In this document: positions 63,434-64,000 of the stretch, in pieces
How the letters are laid out: each line of letters starts with the position of its first letter
Numbering within the stretch: position 1 is the stretch's first letter
Source of the DNA: Gemmatimonadota bacterium
GTDB lineage: Bacteria > Gemmatimonadota > Gemmatimonadetes > Gemmatimonadales > GWC2-71-9
NCBI GenBank assembly: GCA_036679605.1
Contig: JAZDCZ010000289.1
Coordinates: 1-64,000 of the forward strand
Direction: 5' to 3'
Length of the DNA stretch: 64,000 nt
Translations under genes and position numbers: made by a program
Notes under the pieces: generated by a model
Databases searched by the model: none
Told to the model about the DNA's origin: nothing
What the model saw: the letters and a program-made list of their open reading frames with translations, nothing else

Positions 63434-63547
63434 GGACCTTCACCTCGTGGCGATTAGCGACACTAGGAAATTGGTGGAGCTTGCGGTCCGGCGCAACGCT
63501 TCGCGATCTTTTGGCTGTCCTCCAGTTGCGGTTATCTTCCAATAGTC

Positions 63548-64000
63548 ATGACTGTATCAGCGATAATGCGAACCACGCAAACGTTCTCCGATCGTGCTGA
63601 GGCCTTAGGGCACTTCTTCCAATGTGCTGGAGAAGCTCCGCGCTTCATAGCATACGATGAAGAGCTGGGATGTCCGCTGCACAATGCCTTGGCCGCTCTC
63701 GAGTGGACGTTGGCCGTAGGGATACTGCGTGATACCGACTTGGTTCATGCCGCACGGCTCAGCGGTGAGACAGCGGCCGCAATGGTCGAACGGCGCGTCG
63801 ATGGACGGCGGATATTTGTGTACATGGGACCGCGGATGGACGCCCCGCCAGCGGATCCGTACGAGGGATCGTTGTTATATGACGAGCCCGGTGTCAGGGC
63901 CTACGAGTTTGCTCAGCGAGTCCATGCCCTGGCTCACTTTCTCCGAGCAACCCAAGGAGTGGGTAGTGTTATCTCTTTCCTCTCACGACGGGCCCCCGAG
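63548..64000 (+). CDS. Hypothetical protein (3' truncated by the window edge)
   Basis: Manual translation MTVSAIMRTTQTFSDRAEALGHFF... is open to the end; repeat F..R..AL.HF; TATCTT 9 nt before the ATG. Confidence 0.65.
   Translation, partial: MTVSAIMRTTQTFSDRAEALGHFFQCAGEAPRFIAYDEELGCPLHNALAALEWTLAVGILRDTDLVHAARLSGETAAAMVERRVDGRRIFVYMGPRMDAPPADPYEGSLLYDEPGVRAYEFAQRVHALAHFLRATQGVGSVISFLSRRAPE

Noticed and set aside
1..64000. tRNA, rRNA, CRISPR array, IS elements, prophage genes
   Set aside because: None recognised by eye; a covariance-model search could still find small RNAs in the longer spacers.

Overview
This is a GC-rich bacterial window, most likely Gemmatimonadota. That is an inference from the expanded 'ALADRY..ERELG.GGM' Ser/Thr kinase family and a QCxDGTPPPC TPR protein. 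The first ~47 kb is a patchwork of seven Hanks-type Ser/Thr kinase genes (PD40, TPR, FGE-sulfatase and membrane/coiled-coil types) interleaved with unrelated cargo. The cargo includes an alkaline-phosphatase-family lipoprotein, a PilC-like protein, cytochrome c/cupredoxin modules, an ADOP permease, an FkbM methyltransferase, two GT4 glycosyltransferases, an ECF sigma factor, BrnTA, an M20 hydrolase, a fused MFS/spermidine synthase and an RPH-like PEP-utilising enzyme. The last ~17 kb looks more like core genome (Cyc2-like cytochrome-porin, pruA, TolB-like, lepB, MCP). The most striking signal is in the intergenic DNA: it contains decayed 5' ends (with a conserved -35/17/-10 promoter) and 3' ends of kinase genes. 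Some cargo genes sit inside these 'kinase shells' or just behind the kinase promoter. This suggests an integrase-free gene-capture or shuffling hotspot anchored on kinase paralogues. No rRNA, tRNA, CRISPR, integrase, transposase or reverse transcriptase was recognised.
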